Shown piece after piece: positions 31,320 through 40,449 of a DNA stretch of 64,000 bases. The notes under the pieces were generated by a model, which was given only the letters and a program-made list of their open reading frames with translations, was not told the DNA's origin and did not search any database. A program made the translations under genes and the position numbers. The stretch comes from an uncultured delta proteobacterium. Lineage in GTDB: Bacteria > Desulfobacterota > Desulfobacteria > Desulfobacterales > JAFDCJ01. The stretch covers positions 1 to 64,000 of the forward strand of contig CAVYNY010000016.1 in assembly GCA_963769935.1 (NCBI GenBank). The letters are read 5' to 3'. Position 1 is the first letter of the stretch. Each line of letters starts with the position of its first letter.

Positions 31320-31474
31320 GAATGGATTCTTCTTTTAAAGAAAATAATTGGACAGGATCAACAGGATCGTTAGGATAATGCGGCCTTCGGCCGAAAGGCC
31401 CCTCGCCGCAGGCGAAAAAATTCCTGATAATCCTGTTAATCCTGTCTAAATAAAAATAAAAATCGAATCCATTC
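31320..31474. mobile_element. MITE-like element, GAATGGATTC family
   Basis: Perfect 10-bp terminal inverted repeat GAATGGATTC...GAATCCATTC; GGACAGGATCAACAGGAT...ATCCTGTTAATCCTGTC arms. Confidence 0.8.
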
Positions 31475-31591
31475 AGCATACCTTCTTTGAATTTTCACAC
31501 GATTTTGTTGATTGAGTTGATGAGCATAACCGCTCGGTTCTATGATCTTATAAGCTGACACTTGAAACCTTTACTGAATGAGGTGATTACC

Positions 31592-32233
31592 ATGAAATTT
31601 AAGCCCGGTCTTTTTAATTTTTCCATAATCAGCCTTTTTATCCTTGTACTTTTGGTTGCGTTTTCAACCCCGCTGGGGGCTCAAGCGCTCTCAGCGAAAA
31701 AAAAGGCAAGCGCGCTGGCGACTTCAATGCAACCTGCCCAGGCAGCACAACCTGCCCAGGCAACGGAACCTGTCCCGGCCATACAACCTGTCCCGGCAAC
31801 AAAACCTGTGCCGGTAACGACTGTAGAGACGCCAAAGCCGATCCAAAAGTTAAGCTCCGGCCAAGATGCCGACTACTGGTTTAACAAGGGAGCGCTTTGC
31901 GCCACCTACGGCAACGATCGTGCCGCCATCAAATATTTCCAGAAAACCATCACCCTGGACCCAAATCGCAGCGGCGCCTACTTTGAAGAGGGCATATCCT
32001 ACGGCCAACTGGGCCAGTTCGACAAAGCCCTGGCCCTGATTGACAAAGCCCTCGAGATGCAGCCTCAAAACGGATTGTATCTCTACGGCCGCGGCCGAGT
32101 CTACCTGCTGGCCGGCGAAAAGGAGAAAGCCATGCAGGATTTCAAGAAGGCTGCCGAACTGGATAATGGTGATGCCCGGAATTATCTGGATTGGCTCGCG
32201 CGCAATGAAGAATCACCGACAAGTGACGAATGA
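31592..32233 (+). CDS. Secreted TPR protein with Pro-rich repeat linker
   Basis: Signal peptide, QPAQAAQPAQATEPVPAIQPVPATKPVP (18-bp units), three TPRs. Confidence 0.8.
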   Translation: MKFKPGLFNFSIISLFILVLLVAFSTPLGAQALSAKKKASALATSMQPAQAAQPAQATEPVPAIQPVPATKPVPVTTVETPKPIQKLSSGQDADYWFNKGALCATYGNDRAAIKYFQKTITLDPNRSGAYFEEGISYGQLGQFDKALALIDKALEMQPQNGLYLYGRGRVYLLAGEKEKAMQDFKKAAELDNGDARNYLDWLARNEESPTSDE

Positions 32234-32340
32234 AGCAGATAATTACTCCGCCCTGCAAAATAGCGACATCAGGTACGGATAAAACAAAGTCTTCCAATTT
32301 GAAGCTGATGAGGATGTTTAATGTTATCCGGGCGGATTAA

Positions 32341-35319
32341 TTAGCTGTCAGCGGTTTTTGGCGCCAAAATAACGGCCTGGGATTTTTTACCGTCAATTTT
32401 TATGGTCAGGGGATTTTCCAGCCGGGCATGGTTCAGATAGGTGGCTTCCGCCTCGGTGGGCATTGATCGCAGCCACTGCCAGTCAATGAAATCGGTGTCC
32501 AAAGGCGCGGCGGTTAAATAGCCGATACCCAGCGATGTGATGTTTTGAAAAAAATGGGACCCCTGGGATGGATCGGCTTTCAGGTTTTCGATGGTGGTTT
32601 CGATGATGACCCCCACACCCGAGATATCATGCCAGCTCACCGGTATGCCGAGCCAGCGGTCGGCCGAACCCCACCGGCCCGGACCGATCAGCAGATACTT
32701 GCGCTTTTGCTGAACCAGCTTTTTGTTGATCCGGCCGATCTCGGCAGCGATCTCAAGGGTGCGGGCCGGATCGAACGTGTCGGGATTGACGTAGACGATG
32801 TCGGCGATATCATTTGAACTGCCGTTGCCCAGGGCTGATGTTGAATAACAAACGGCCGCGTCAACATCTTCAGCACTGATCTCCACGTCCATCTGATGGC
32901 GGCTGATTCCCATGGGCCTGATCTGGAGCAAATCAAACGACGGCCGCACCGCACCTTCGGCGGGCAGCTTCACCGCAAATTCCATTTCCACCGGACATCC
33001 CATGCCCCGCCGCCCGATTTCCAGCACGTCCGCCAGTATCTCCGCCAGAGGAAATGCGCGATATTTGAGTACATTGGCAAATGTCAGCACGGGATATCCG
33101 GTATTGCCGGCGCCGTCCCTGATCCTGTGATCCTGGGGGGAATATGAGCTGGTCAGGAGCTTTACCGGCGGGTCATCGGCGGCCTCATCAATTTCCAGCT
33201 TTGCCAGGCTCGCCGCTTCGTTGACTTCCAGGTTTGGCGTAAAATTCTTCAGCTTCAGGGCATAGAAAAAGCGCTGGGAATTTTTCAATATATCATCCAC
33301 GGTTGAAAATTGTGGCAGAAATTGGGGATATCTGGGAGAAAAACGCAGCGACGTGCCCCCTTCCACCACGGTTTTGCCAAGCCCCAGGGCAATGTGGGCA
33401 ATACCTTCTTCCGGTTTCAAATGAGAGATGGGGTAAAAATTATAGGACTGCGCCACGCCGGAGATGGTCGGGTAAAAATAATCGCCGTAAACCGCTCCGG
33501 TTAACTGCTGGATGACCACCGCCATCATCTCGTCCTCCATGCGATGAAACGTGCTTTTGGCATAGGCCTTGGGACTCTCATAATAGGTGGACGCATAAAC
33601 CAGCTTGATGGCCGCAATCAGACGCGCGAGCCGGGCGGCCGGGTCGGGATGGTTGTTGGGCAGCATGTAGGTTTTATAGATACCGGCAAACGGTTGAAAC
33701 TGGGCATCTTCCAGCAGACTGGAAGACCGCACGGCCAGGGGATAGCGCGCCTGCGCTACGAACAATTTAAGGTCGGTTTGCAGCCATTCCGGAAATCGGG
33801 CCTTTAGAAATAAATCGGCGATCTCCGCATCGCTGCGCTCGGAGGTTGCCAACCCTTTGAGGTCGTTATCGTTGACAAAGGCATCAAATCCTTCGGTTGA
33901 AAGCACCAGAGATTTGGGGACCTGGATGTCGACATCCTTAAATTTTTTTTGCAGATCCGGGTTTTCTTTGAGTTGGGTTGAGATAAACGCCAGCCCTCTG
34001 GCTTTGCCGCCGAGGGAGCCTTTGCCGACTTTGACAAAGTCGGCATCCGGATCATATGCGCCTTTCACCAGCTCTGTAATCAGCCCCTTCTGGCGTCCCT
34101 TGCGCCGCTCGTGGATGCAGTTGACCAGATACTTTTTAAGTTCGCCGGCGTTCGGAAAATCACTGACCTTGACCAATTTGAGTTTGGAGGCCAGCATCAC
34201 TTCGGAGCGGGCCATCAGCCAGCTGGAAAAATGGTTGTGCCGGCCATGATAATAAATGGATTCGTCCGGAATAGCGGGCAAAATATTTTCCATCTCGCGC
34301 AAATTCGATGCCCGGGCGATTTCCCGGCCAATCGGCAGGCGGAAAATAAAATCACCGAACCCCAGATATGTCATAAAAAAACTGCGAATATCCGAATGCA
34401 GGGTGGGTGAGTTTTTGTTCAGGAACATGGCCGCAATCTCCCGCGCCTGATGCCGGTTGGATTCTTCCGAGCTGAGGTTGAGCAGCGGCAGGTCGGGCTC
34501 TTCCTGCCGGATCCGGCTCAGCAGCTTGAATCCGGCCTGATCATCCATTTGTCCGCCCCTTGGAAAGCGAACGTCTGAAAAAACGCTGAGCAGATACGGC
34601 CGGTATTGCTGATAGAGATCGAGCGCTTCCTCAAAAGTTTCGGCCAGCAGGATTTTGGGACGTGCGCGCATCCTGAGAATCCGATGCTCATCATTAACGG
34701 ATTCTTCCATCACGGCCTGGGTTTGCGTGACGATCTCCTTGTAAAGCAGCGGCAACAGTAAAGAGCAAAAGATGGGAGAGTCTTCCACCAGAATAATCAC
34801 CCGCACCCGCGCGCGCCGGGTGTCGTAGGCGACATTCATCTGATCTTCGCGATTTTTAATAAGCGCCAGCAAAAGATCCGAATTGCCGTACCAGACCCAC
34901 ACCCGATCGATGGATTTGCGCTCGGTGTATTTGCGCTCGAGCAGGTGTCTGCTCGTGTCCTGTATCATCAGGTAAACCGGCAGCTCCGCATGGATGTCTT
35001 TTATCTGCCTTCCTAAATCATAGGCATTGATTTCATCAACCTGGGGCATGGTAATGACAAGATCAAATTTCTTGCGGGACAGGGCATCCAACGCTTGCCG
35101 GGCGGAGGACACCCAGGTCAGCATGGGGGGGCGCGAAAGGTTCAGGCCGCGATATTCATAGATGATTCGTTCGGCCAGCCGGCCCTCTTCCTCCATTATA
35201 AACGCTTCATAGGGGCTTGAAACCAGAAGGATATCCGTGACCTTCCGGGCCATCAGCTCATGGAACACTTTGAAAGATAGGTCAAAAGCCTCTGAATTTT
35301 GAATGAGATCGCTGAACAT
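32341..35319 (-). CDS. PEP/pyruvate-binding (PPDK_N) domain protein with N-terminal receiver-like domains
   Basis: GSLGGKARGLAF, PLAVRSSSLLED, FAGIYKT, GLGKTVVEG, LLQIRP, GPGRWGS, SQGSHFFQN. Confidence 0.85.
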   Translation of the reverse strand: MFSDLIQNSEAFDLSFKVFHELMARKVTDILLVSSPYEAFIMEEEGRLAERIIYEYRGLNLSRPPMLTWVSSARQALDALSRKKFDLVITMPQVDEINAYDLGRQIKDIHAELPVYLMIQDTSRHLLERKYTERKSIDRVWVWYGNSDLLLALIKNREDQMNVAYDTRRARVRVIILVEDSPIFCSLLLPLLYKEIVTQTQAVMEESVNDEHRILRMRARPKILLAETFEEALDLYQQYRPYLLSVFSDVRFPRGGQMDDQAGFKLLSRIRQEEPDLPLLNLSSEESNRHQAREIAAMFLNKNSPTLHSDIRSFFMTYLGFGDFIFRLPIGREIARASNLREMENILPAIPDESIYYHGRHNHFSSWLMARSEVMLASKLKLVKVSDFPNAGELKKYLVNCIHERRKGRQKGLITELVKGAYDPDADFVKVGKGSLGGKARGLAFISTQLKENPDLQKKFKDVDIQVPKSLVLSTEGFDAFVNDNDLKGLATSERSDAEIADLFLKARFPEWLQTDLKLFVAQARYPLAVRSSSLLEDAQFQPFAGIYKTYMLPNNHPDPAARLARLIAAIKLVYASTYYESPKAYAKSTFHRMEDEMMAVVIQQLTGAVYGDYFYPTISGVAQSYNFYPISHLKPEEGIAHIALGLGKTVVEGGTSLRFSPRYPQFLPQFSTVDDILKNSQRFFYALKLKNFTPNLEVNEAASLAKLEIDEAADDPPVKLLTSSYSPQDHRIRDGAGNTGYPVLTFANVLKYRAFPLAEILADVLEIGRRGMGCPVEMEFAVKLPAEGAVRPSFDLLQIRPMGISRHQMDVEISAEDVDAAVCYSTSALGNGSSNDIADIVYVNPDTFDPARTLEIAAEIGRINKKLVQQKRKYLLIGPGRWGSADRWLGIPVSWHDISGVGVIIETTIENLKADPSQGSHFFQNITSLGIGYLTAAPLDTDFIDWQWLRSMPTEAEATYLNHARLENPLTIKIDGKKSQAVILAPKTADS

Positions 35320-35384
35320 AGCGCACTAAGTATAGAAATGTTGGGCAATGAATGCAACAGTTTTGCGAGGGACGGGAGGGTGGG

Positions 35385-35930
35385 GATCGAAGATGCCCAG
35401 CTCATAGTTCATAGGTGAGAGGCATGGCGAAAGGAGAGAAGGTGAGAGGGTGAGAAGTCAAGGGTGAAAGGCTGAAAGGTTAAAGGTTAAAGGTGAAAGG
35501 TGGGGGCAATGGAGAGAAGCTGAGAGACTAGGAAGGCTGAAAAGATTGAAGTTGAGAAAGTGGGAGGGTGAGAAGGTGAAGAGGTCAAAGGTGAAAGGCG
35601 AAAGGCTAAAGGTGAAGGTGGGCGGCAACGGAGATGTGAGCTGGAAAGCTGAAAGATGAAGCTGGGAAGCGGGATGCGGCGCACGGCTGGAAGGCGAAGG
35701 GCTGCGAGGCATGGAACGAGCGTTGCGGGGTGCGGGGTGCGGCCATGGGGCAAAGTAGCATGGCGCATTAGCGTAAAAAAGCAGGAGCGGGGGATGGGCT
35801 ACGAGTTTCGTATTCCAGTCGCGAGTCGCATAAACAGACGCAAGGCATAGGGCTCAAGGCGCAGGGCAGACGGTATATGGTATATGGTGTAAGGTTTAAG
35901 TCCGCGGGCAAAGGACATAGGACCTGGCAT
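35385..35930. repeat. Patchwork of 7-8 nt purine-rich repeats
   Basis: AAAGGTG/AAAGGCT/GAAGGTGA, TGCGGGG, GCATAGG, TATATGG units. Confidence 0.8.
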
Positions 35931-35946
35931 AAAGCTTATCTAATTC

Positions 35947-36882
35947 CTATGAGCTATCAGCTGGCGCGGCAGCGCCTCCCAGCTTCCCCTGCCAGGAATC
36001 TCTTTTTTCCAGCATTGCTTGTATTTGCGCCAGAGTTTCGGATTTTCTGAGCGACCATTGGGGTGCCGTGAGTTCATCGGGATGGGGATCGCCCGTCAGG
36101 CGCTGAATGATCATATGGCGTGGAATACGTTCAAGAAAATCACATACAAGATCGACATATTCCTGCTGCTCCAGGCACCGGTAACGGCCCTGGCGGTATA
36201 GTGTTTCAAGCCGGGTTCCTTTAATCACATACAGCAGATGCAGTTTGAGTCCGTCGATACCCGACGCGGCTATGACTTGAGCGGTGTGGAGCATATCGCT
36301 GCGGCTCTCAGCGGGCAGGCCGAGAATTACATGGGCACAGATTTTGATTTGCCTGTTTAATGTGGCGTTGACCGCATCCCGGAAACATTGGACATCGTGC
36401 CCCCGGTTGATCAAAACCAGCGTTGCATCGCTGGCGGACTGCAATCCGTACTCGATCCAGACCAGGTATCTCTGGGCGTAATCCTGCAACAGATCCAAAA
36501 CCGGCTCATCGACACAATCCGGGCGCGTGCCGATGGAGAGACCGACAACGTCTTCTACGGCCAGGGCTTCATCATACAGGCGCTTGAGCGTGTCAATCGG
36601 AGCATAGGTGTTGGAAAATGACTGAAAATAGGCCATGAATTTCCCGGCCTTGTAGCGCCGGGAGAGCGCTTGTTTGCCCTGCACTAGTTGTTCGGTTATC
36701 GACAGCCCGCGGGAGAGAGCGCCGGTTCCGGACCCGCGGGCATTGCAGTAAATACATCCACCGGCGCCAACTGTGCCGTCGCGATTGGGGCAGGAAAGCC
36801 CGGCATCGATGGTTATTTTTTGCACCCGGCAGCCGAAGAGGGATCGAAAATAGGTGTTCAGATCGTTGTAGCGCTTGTACAT
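35947..36882 (-). CDS. TIGR01212-family radical SAM protein (YhcC/YtqA-like)
   Basis: CPNRDG...GGCIYC, YFQSFSNTYA, GTRPDC, EYGLQS, KLHLLYV. Confidence 0.92.
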   Translation of the reverse strand: MYKRYNDLNTYFRSLFGCRVQKITIDAGLSCPNRDGTVGAGGCIYCNARGSGTGALSRGLSITEQLVQGKQALSRRYKAGKFMAYFQSFSNTYAPIDTLKRLYDEALAVEDVVGLSIGTRPDCVDEPVLDLLQDYAQRYLVWIEYGLQSASDATLVLINRGHDVQCFRDAVNATLNRQIKICAHVILGLPAESRSDMLHTAQVIAASGIDGLKLHLLYVIKGTRLETLYRQGRYRCLEQQEYVDLVCDFLERIPRHMIIQRLTGDPHPDELTAPQWSLRKSETLAQIQAMLEKRDSWQGKLGGAAAPADSS

Positions 36883-37281
36883 AATTAATCCGCCCTGAAA
36901 AACAGCAAATTCAGAGTCCTATGGGGTTTTTGAAAACTGAAGTAACTTGTTTGATCGAACATCCCGCGGCTTAATTATTTTATGCTGCGCATTTTTTTCT
37001 TTTCTTATAAGCGGTTATCTGGAAAGTTCCAGTTGAATTCGATTGTAAGTTATCTCACCACGAAGAACACAAAGATCACGTGGGAAAGACAGAACATATT
37101 GACATTCCCTCTTCATGTCCTGCGTGGTTAAAGGTGTATTAATTAAGCTTTCTGCATAAACGTTTAGAATTTACTTTGACATGACTCTGTCCATTTATTA
37201 CCAAACCTTGACCGCACCATCGGTCGGCAGTATAATCAACGTTCTTCTAATATCAAAGTACGCGACCAGTGGCAATTCATA

Positions 37282-39165
37282 ATGACTTTTTACACTGAAA
37301 AATACGACGTCATCGTCATCGGTGCCGGACACGCCGGGTGCGAAGCGGCGCTGGCGGCAGCACGCATGGGGTGCCGGGTGCTGATGTTGGCCATCGATCT
37401 CGATAAACTGGCGGCCATGCCCTGCAGTCCATCCATCGGCGGTATGGCCAAAGGACAGCTGGTAAAAGAAATCGACGCCCTGGGAGGCGAGATGGCTAAA
37501 ACCACCGACAAAACGGCCATTCAATACCGCACCCTCAACACCAAAAAAGGTCCTGCCGTTCAATCATCCCGCACCCAGAACGACAAAGTGCGCTATCATT
37601 TGGCCATGAAAGCGGTGGTGGAAAGCCGGCCGGGCCTCGATCTCAAACAGGCCCTGATCGAACGGCTGATCGTCGAAAATAACCGCATTGCCGGGGTTGA
37701 GGATTACACCGGCTTCGGCTACCAGGCGCCGGTGGTAATTCTAGCCACGGGCACCTTTTTAAGCGGCCTGGTTCACATCGGCTTCAACTCGATAAAGGCC
37801 GGCCGCGCCGGCGAATTCGCCTCCTATGGCCTGGCCGCCAACCTGAAAGAACTTGGCTTCCGGCTGGGACGGCTCAAAACGGGCACCCCTCCCCGGCTTA
37901 AAAAACAAAGTATTGATTTTACCAAATTCAGCGCCCAGGGGACCGATGCCGCCCCCAGCCCGTTTTCCTTTTTTACCGATAAGATAACCATGCCGCAGAT
38001 GCCCAGCTACATGGGGTATACCAGCCCGCGGAGCCATGCAGTCTTGCGCCGCAATCTAGCACGCTCGGCCCTTTACGGCGGCATTGTAAAGGGGATCTCC
38101 GCCCGCTATTGTCCGTCATTTGAGGATAAAATCGTTAAATTTCCCGGCAAAGACCGCCACCAGATCATCCTTGAACCGGAAGGGGTTGATACCGATGAAA
38201 TCTATGCCAGCGGTTTGGGCAACTCACTTCCCATGGAAGTTCAGGTTGAACTGGTCCGGTCAATTGATGGCCTGGAATCCGCTGAAATCATGCGGCCGGC
38301 CTACGCCATCGAATACGACTACGTCAACCCCATCCAGCTGAAGCCGACCCTGGAAACAAAACTGGTGGCAGGACTCTTCCTCGCAGGGCAAATCAACGGG
38401 ACATCAGGCTATGAAGAAGCCGCCGCCCAGGGAATTTGGGCCGGCATTAATGCCGCCTGCCGGATACAGGCAAGACCGGCCTTTATTTTGGACCGCTCCC
38501 AGGCTTACATGGGAGTGATGATTGATGATCTCGTTACCCGCGGCACCCTCGAACCCTACCGCATGTTTACCAGCCGGGCGGAATATCGTCTCATGCTGCG
38601 GGAAGACAATGCCGCCTTGCGGCTGATGAAAACAGGCCATGAACTCGGTCTGATTGATGATCTTGCCCTCGCCGAGCTGCAGGAGCGCAAGGACCAGATC
38701 GAAAACGAAATTAAGCGCGTCAAGCAAACTGTCGTAAAACCGACGACTATTACCAATGAATACCTGCTGAGCCGGGGATCAAAACCAATCGACAATGGAA
38801 TCCATCTGGCCCAATTGCTTAAAAGGGGCGAACTGGACTACCGCGCGGTGCAAGCCCTTGCCGCAAGCCCTTTCGGTATCCGCCCGGAAGTTGCCCGCCA
38901 GGTGGAGATAGAGATTAAATACGAAGGCTACATTCAAAAACAACTGCGGGAAATTGAACGCTTTAAAAATTTAGAACAGATTAAAATACCGGCTGATTTC
39001 GAATTTTCAAAGGTCCACGGTTTATCCAACGAATTAAAAGAAAAACTGACCGGTGTAAAACCCACCTCGCTGGGCCAGGCCTCCCGCATCGAAGGCATCA
39101 CCCCGGCCGCCATCTCGGTGCTGATGGTGGCGCTGAAGGCCGGAGCGCAAAAGATTGAAAATTGA
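37282..39165 (+). CDS. mnmG: tRNA uridine-5-carboxymethylaminomethyl modification enzyme
   Basis: [58 protein letters not shown]. Confidence 0.98.
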   Translation: MTFYTEKYDVIVIGAGHAGCEAALAAARMGCRVLMLAIDLDKLAAMPCSPSIGGMAKGQLVKEIDALGGEMAKTTDKTAIQYRTLNTKKGPAVQSSRTQNDKVRYHLAMKAVVESRPGLDLKQALIERLIVENNRIAGVEDYTGFGYQAPVVILATGTFLSGLVHIGFNSIKAGRAGEFASYGLAANLKELGFRLGRLKTGTPPRLKKQSIDFTKFSAQGTDAAPSPFSFFTDKITMPQMPSYMGYTSPRSHAVLRRNLARSALYGGIVKGISARYCPSFEDKIVKFPGKDRHQIILEPEGVDTDEIYASGLGNSLPMEVQVELVRSIDGLESAEIMRPAYAIEYDYVNPIQLKPTLETKLVAGLFLAGQINGTSGYEEAAAQGIWAGINAACRIQARPAFILDRSQAYMGVMIDDLVTRGTLEPYRMFTSRAEYRLMLREDNAALRLMKTGHELGLIDDLALAELQERKDQIENEIKRVKQTVVKPTTITNEYLLSRGSKPIDNGIHLAQLLKRGELDYRAVQALAASPFGIRPEVARQVEIEIKYEGYIQKQLREIERFKNLEQIKIPADFEFSKVHGLSNELKEKLTGVKPTSLGQASRIEGITPAAISVLMVALKAGAQKIEN

Positions 39166-39290
39166 ATACCGTAGATTGAATATTTAAGGTATTCTTCCTG
39201 TTTTTATGGTACCGGCTGATTTGTTAAGATGGCATATAAAATGATAACATTCCACAAATATTCAGTATTCAATTTTCAGTATTCAATTTT
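39152..39290. repeat. Inverted 7-nt arrays (ATTGAA(A/T) / TATTCAA)
   Basis: AAGATTGAAAATTGAATAC...AATATTCAGTATTCAATTTTCAGTATTCAATT. Confidence 0.75.
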
Positions 39291-39414
39291 TATAAAATCC
39301 TTGTATTCTTGACACGTTAGCTCTTGCACATTATCTTTTTAGCAAAAAAAAACAATACCGGTTCGTCGGCTTCGTTAACATTTAGACGAATGATGATAGT
39401 GAGGTTTGTCCAAG

Positions 39415-40329
39415 ATGGCTGAAGATTATTACCAAATCCTGGGTGTCAAAAAAGACGCCAGCCGCGATGAAATTAAAAAGGCTTACCGCAAGCTGGCCAT
39501 GAAGTACCATCCCGATCACTCCAAAGGCGATAAAGCTGCTGAAGAGAAATTCAAAAAGATAAGCGAAGCTTACGCTGTACTGAGCGATAAAGAGAAACGC
39601 AAAGAGTATGATACATTCGGCTCCGAAGGTTTTCGCCAGCGCTTCAGCCAGGAAGATATTTTCCGTGGATTCGATTTTGGAGACATTTTCAGAGAATTCG
39701 GGTTCGGCGGCGGAGATTCTTTCAGCGGCCGATCAGGCGGCAGGCGCTATAACTTCGGCGGCGGTTCAGGCTTCAATTTTGGCGGCGCGCAACAACAGAC
39801 CCGGACGAAAGGGTCGGATCTGGTTTACGAACTACCGCTGACATTGCAGGAGGTCGCCGCTGGCACCAGTAAAGTGATCACCTTTCAACATCAGGGCGGA
39901 ACCGAAAATCTAACCGTGAAAATTCCTCCGGGATTGATCAGCGGTAAAAAGCTGCGATTGGCCGGAAAGGGTAGTCCAAGCCCTTACGGCGGACCGGCCG
40001 GTGATCTTTTCATAAAATCGAAAGTCCTCAACGACCCGGTTTTCGATACCGAAAAGCAGGATATTTTTTTAAATCGGGAGTTAAAGCTCAGCGAAGCAAT
40101 TTTGGGAACCACCATCTCTGTTCCGACGATTGACGGCAAGCAATTGAGCCTGAAAATACCGGCCGGTACAAAACATGGGACCAAGATGCGGTTGTCGGGT
40201 CACGGCCTGCCGGGGATGAAAAGCAGTAAAAAAGGCGATCTTTTTGTCCGGATCCAGGTCAATATACCGAAACACCTCAGCGCCCAGCAAAAAAAGTTAG
40301 TTGAAGAATTGGCTGCCGCCGGGCTGTAA
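39415..40329 (+). CDS. DnaJ-class chaperone without zinc finger (CbpA-like)
   Basis: [11 protein letters not shown] motif, G/F-rich linker, DnaJ_C; no CxxCxGxG. Confidence 0.92.
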   Translation: MAEDYYQILGVKKDASRDEIKKAYRKLAMKYHPDHSKGDKAAEEKFKKISEAYAVLSDKEKRKEYDTFGSEGFRQRFSQEDIFRGFDFGDIFREFGFGGGDSFSGRSGGRRYNFGGGSGFNFGGAQQQTRTKGSDLVYELPLTLQEVAAGTSKVITFQHQGGTENLTVKIPPGLISGKKLRLAGKGSPSPYGGPAGDLFIKSKVLNDPVFDTEKQDIFLNRELKLSEAILGTTISVPTIDGKQLSLKIPAGTKHGTKMRLSGHGLPGMKSSKKGDLFVRIQVNIPKHLSAQQKKLVEELAAAGL

Positions 40330-40449
40330 GGAATCAAAATTATTGACAAGAACGCTCAATCGAGGTAATCTTATACAGGAAAATAGACAGAAAGTCCGGC
40401 ATCTTACCACCCAGGTTAAGCCTAAAATTACAAGCAATGGGGTTAACGT

